From NCBI GenBank assembly GCA_964016885.1, contig OZ024743.1:266786001-266850000 (forward strand): a DNA stretch of 64,000 nucleotides. Direction: 5' to 3'. Positions 60,213 through 64,000 of this stretch are shown here, one piece after another. The notes below the pieces were generated by a model that was not told the DNA's origin, ran no database searches, and saw only the letters and a program-made list of their open reading frames with translations. Origin of the DNA: Eledone cirrhosa (Eukaryota). Numbering within the stretch: position 1 is the stretch's first letter; each line of letters starts with the position of its first letter. The position numbers were made by a program, and so were the translations under genes.

Positions 60213-63200
60213 GAGAGAGAGAGATGTTTCATTCCCTAGCATTCCATCGACAAGAAAATTGGGGTAAAGAATCTTTCGTCATTTTTCTGTTGACCTGCAG
60301 AGAAAGAAAGACTGCATTTGTTAGTTGAAACAAGAAGTTATTCTAAATTTTCCTTTTTCTTCCAAACAATATCCAGCATTCCAATTTTACTTTTCATAAT
60401 GTATTAATATCAGATATGCATATACTTTCAAAGTAAGACTAACTCTAAAAGGCTATTATATTGCTGTTAACTTTGTAGCTGTCACTGGTGTAAATTGCCG
60501 CACAACTCCTTGTTGATGCAGTCGTTATTATCGTTTAAATGTAGGTACGCGGATCAATGGATAGTGTGTTCGGCTCACGATCATAAAGTACAACGTCACT
60601 GAGAATTCTCTGAACCATCCAGGAAAAAAATGAGTTTCAAAGGTCCATCTCTGTCAAACCCGGTCTCAAATTCAATCACCTTGAGAACAATGTTAAAGGT
60701 ACGCGTGCCTGTGAAATGTGAGCCGGTCGTTTCGTTAATCTAGCAACTAATACGTTGTCAAAGCTGATTGTTTTCCAACCACAGCAACAATGTATTATCG
60801 ATTTCGTTTTGATTGCTTTTCTATTTGTTGTTCTTCCTGTTTTTGCTGTTTGTTGCAATCATTTGAATTGTTGTTTATATCACTTATTCTCTTGCTGATC
60901 ACAACTAAATTCACCATCATTCCAGTGGTAACAATCATTGATATTGTATACACTACACTCATCTGGCTTTACGCCGATAGACAGCTGTTGCTAGAACATA
61001 GAAATATCACTTAGTGGCTCAATTATTACAGGTTTTGCTATTAGTTATAGATAATGTGGCTGCAGTAGGTGAAGATAGAGGGTTTTGCATTTAACTTAGC
61101 TGCTTTCAAATGCGAGATCCGCCCATTTTAGAAAGATTTGACAATGTGAAATCTGAATGGGTAAAGCACAGAGAAGGATAGTTACATCTGGAAAAATGCT
61201 TTTGATCATAGTTCTACAAATTAAAGCCTGATACAGAGCTGAAGAAAAAAACATCTTCGAAAATATGAGCAAAAACAAACAACCAAATCTCTGTTATGTA
61301 TTATATAAAAGTGTGGGACTAAGGAGTTCGCTTCACAACCCTGTAGTTCCGGGTTCAATCATGCTGCTGATAACATCTGGGCACGGTGACATCTATTGAC
61401 TGTAGTATGCGGTACACGATAGATAGAAACAATAGAATTCCATCCCATATATTGTTTATAAGTATATGTATATATGTGTGTGTATGTGTGTATCCGGGTA
61501 TGTCTATGTTTACGTTTTTGTCTTTGTTCGTATTTATATAGCTGTTGACTGGTACACTTTTATTGATGTCCGACTGATGAAGAGCAAAGGCATCAATACA
61601 TACTACAAGCAATATGCAACTTGTGTGTTTTTCCACTTTACTCTCATAATATTCTACCAAGGAAGGGGCAATAGAATATTGTTGTATTCACCTGTATAAG
61701 TTTCCGTATATCATTCATATCATGGGATAGCGCGATATATATAGTCGTTTGGCATATTATATATTGATATCATTTCCAGTTTTCTGTAGTTCACAGTAAG
61801 CTCAAGATTATATAAGAAATCTACACCCGACTAAAATTTAATTCTATCATTTACATCACAGTAGTCTACAACATAGTTTTAGAAAGATTTCCTGTAGACA
61901 TTAACACCTGATTGAATCGTTAGGGTGCGGTCGTCTATGATAGTTCCTATTGGACAGGAGATCCTGAATCACATTGATACCAATTGTTACACAACCCATT
62001 CCTTCCATGGAAGGAGAGAAAGTGAGTGAGTGAGAGAGAGAGTTGGGTGGGAGGAAAAATTATATAGAGGAAAAATGAATCCACGTGGCTTATGGGTTGT
62101 TAGTTAGATTTCCGGCCCGGGTTATGCGTTTTGTACTTTATAAAGCCACTTTATTTCATCCTGGTCCATTGGTCTGAGGACCTGTCACCCCCTTTTACTG
62201 CATTAATAATATCGATACTTTTAGTAACAAAACAAAATAATATGTTGTGGAAGCCGACTCTCGTTTTTCATGACTAATATGAGACGGATCCATCCTTTGT
62301 ACTTTAATTATAATCCTGAAATAGAAGAACTACAAAATTATCCTGGGATAGATTTGAATTCAATGCGAAGCCTGTCGGAAAGACTATCCCAAAGCATTAT
62401 ATCCGACGTTTTCACAACTCTGTCATTTCACCGCCTGCAGAAGTAACTTAGATTTAGTTATCCATTTCAATATCATTTTCAGAACAAGCTCATGATCGCA
62501 CAATAATAACCATGCCCCAGTAAAAATTGCCAGTTAAAATTAATACGTATTGATTCCTTTGCAAATTTAATAGAAGGAAATGTAGATAGAGGCCGGTATA
62601 CTCAAGTTTGTTTCTATGTCATACTAAAGTCCTCTGAATACGATGATGTTGATGAACAACTTGACATCATACTCAACCTTTGAGATATCTTTATTTTTAT
62701 TTCATCAACACTATATTTTCTCTCTTATATTTGATCAATAAACTTTGAAGCAATTTTGTTTTTTAGAAATATTTTTTGTTCGATTAAATTATCAAAATTT
62801 AATTACTTTCTTTCCATGAAACCTGAGATTTGATCTGTTAGAAATATACTGAAAATAAATATAATAATAATAAAATATAGAAAATGAAAATTAACAAAAT
62901 ATGAAAATATGTAAAAATATAAAGTATTCATTGAATTACAAATTTAAAATAAACAAATAAACAAATTATTAAAATATAAACATTTAAATTCACAAAAACA
63001 AGTAATTTTAGTTGCAGTATTTGATAAATCTAGTGATGGAGGAGGTCGTGTATAACAAACAACAACAAAATCAACACACAAAATCAACAACAGTAACATC
63101 AACAACAATAACACGAACATCATCATCAACAGCAACAATATAAATAACAAAAACGTTTATTCTGATATTAGAACTAGTCTAAGTATTATAATTAGGCAGG

Positions 63201-63221
63201 TTGGTACATGGAACTCATTAC

Positions 63222-63452
63222 CTATATGGTATATTACAGTTTGTACCCCGCAAGTGTGAAAGGCGTATTTGACAACGCTGGCATTTGGAATGAAAGGGCA
63301 ACGATAGATTATTGAGGTAGCAAACAAATACCTTCTTTAAAGAGTGGTAACTAGGTTTTGAATACATCAAACGTATGGAGACAAATAGCAGGCAGCCGTT
63401 ATCGTCTGTCAACGACGGGTCGGGTCCGTGGCCTTCCTGCCAAGTTATGAAC
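63222..63452 (-). CDS. Candidate host coding exon (Cys-rich, loosely C-type-lectin-like)
   Basis: Acceptor ttggtttcgtgtgtcag, donor ag|gtaatg, 231 nt (symmetric phase), open frame FITWQEGHGPD...GC...FVC; higher GC than the flanks. Confidence 0.3.
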
Positions 63453-64000
63453 CTGACACACGAAACCAATGAAAGGTTGACAGGTATTTGATTGTTCTCA
63501 TATAAAAGTAAATGCTTTACATTTGCAGATGTAATCTTCATTTTTTGTGTGTCACACGAAAGAACAGATCGAATGCCATCTTCACTTCTCTTACATCAGT
63601 CACGTATATCTTTATCAAATTTACTGACAAGTACCCAGGATAATCTATTTTTTACTATAATTTATTCTTTGTTAAAATCTACCTATTTTATTGTAGTGGC
63701 TATTTCAGAATGAGCCAACACTGAGTTTTGATGACCGCTGCAAGATACCCCTCTTAACTACTATGCTAAATATACTACTGCAGGTTTTCTGCATTGAGAA
63801 AAAGGCGTACAACGTTCATTAACAGGAATAGCAGAAAAACCACCCTTCGGGTGGTTTTCTGGTAGCATGCGTAGTGTGTATATTGATATTATACACAAGT
63901 ATATATGCATGTAGTTATGATACATCAAATCAAATCGTAATTGATAATATACACAGAGATTGAACGAAAACTGTGTTACACTCTCTTATGTAATCAGTAA

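Noticed and set aside
63833-63861. Hairpin gaaaa(a)ccaccc-ttc-gggtggttttc resembling a terminator or Helitron end
   Set aside because: Eukaryotic context rules out an intrinsic terminator, and there is no clean CTRR terminus or matching 5' end.

Overview
AT-rich animal genomic DNA, not prokaryotic. The SINE family and dense (TA)n/(CA)n microsatellites suggest a cephalopod such as Octopus (inference). No intact protein-coding gene is evident, and most predicted ORFs are microsatellite artefacts. Positions ~1-54 kb are a nested pile of decayed retroelements: CR1/L2, Tx1/L1, R2-Hero-like and RTE LINEs, tRNA-derived SINEs, a Helitron, a Tc1/mariner and many Penelope-like elements (PLEs; Neptune-type and probably Hydra-clade). 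The main signal, read by eye, is about 30 type I hammerhead ribozyme (HHR) or HHR-like motifs from at least 10 unrelated sequence families, almost all inside elements inserted into (TA)n. They include non-coding tandem or inverted retrozyme-like arrays (591-, 544- and ~450-bp units, one ribozyme per unit). Several cores are unusual: a U3-A8 covariant, a recurrent U10.1-U11.1 pair and a fixed U4A variant. A further 497-530-bp tandem family carries a conserved CUGAUGA motif that does not fold as a canonical hammerhead. All folds were done manually and coordinates are approximate to a few bases. A few weak host-exon candidates lie on the minus strand.
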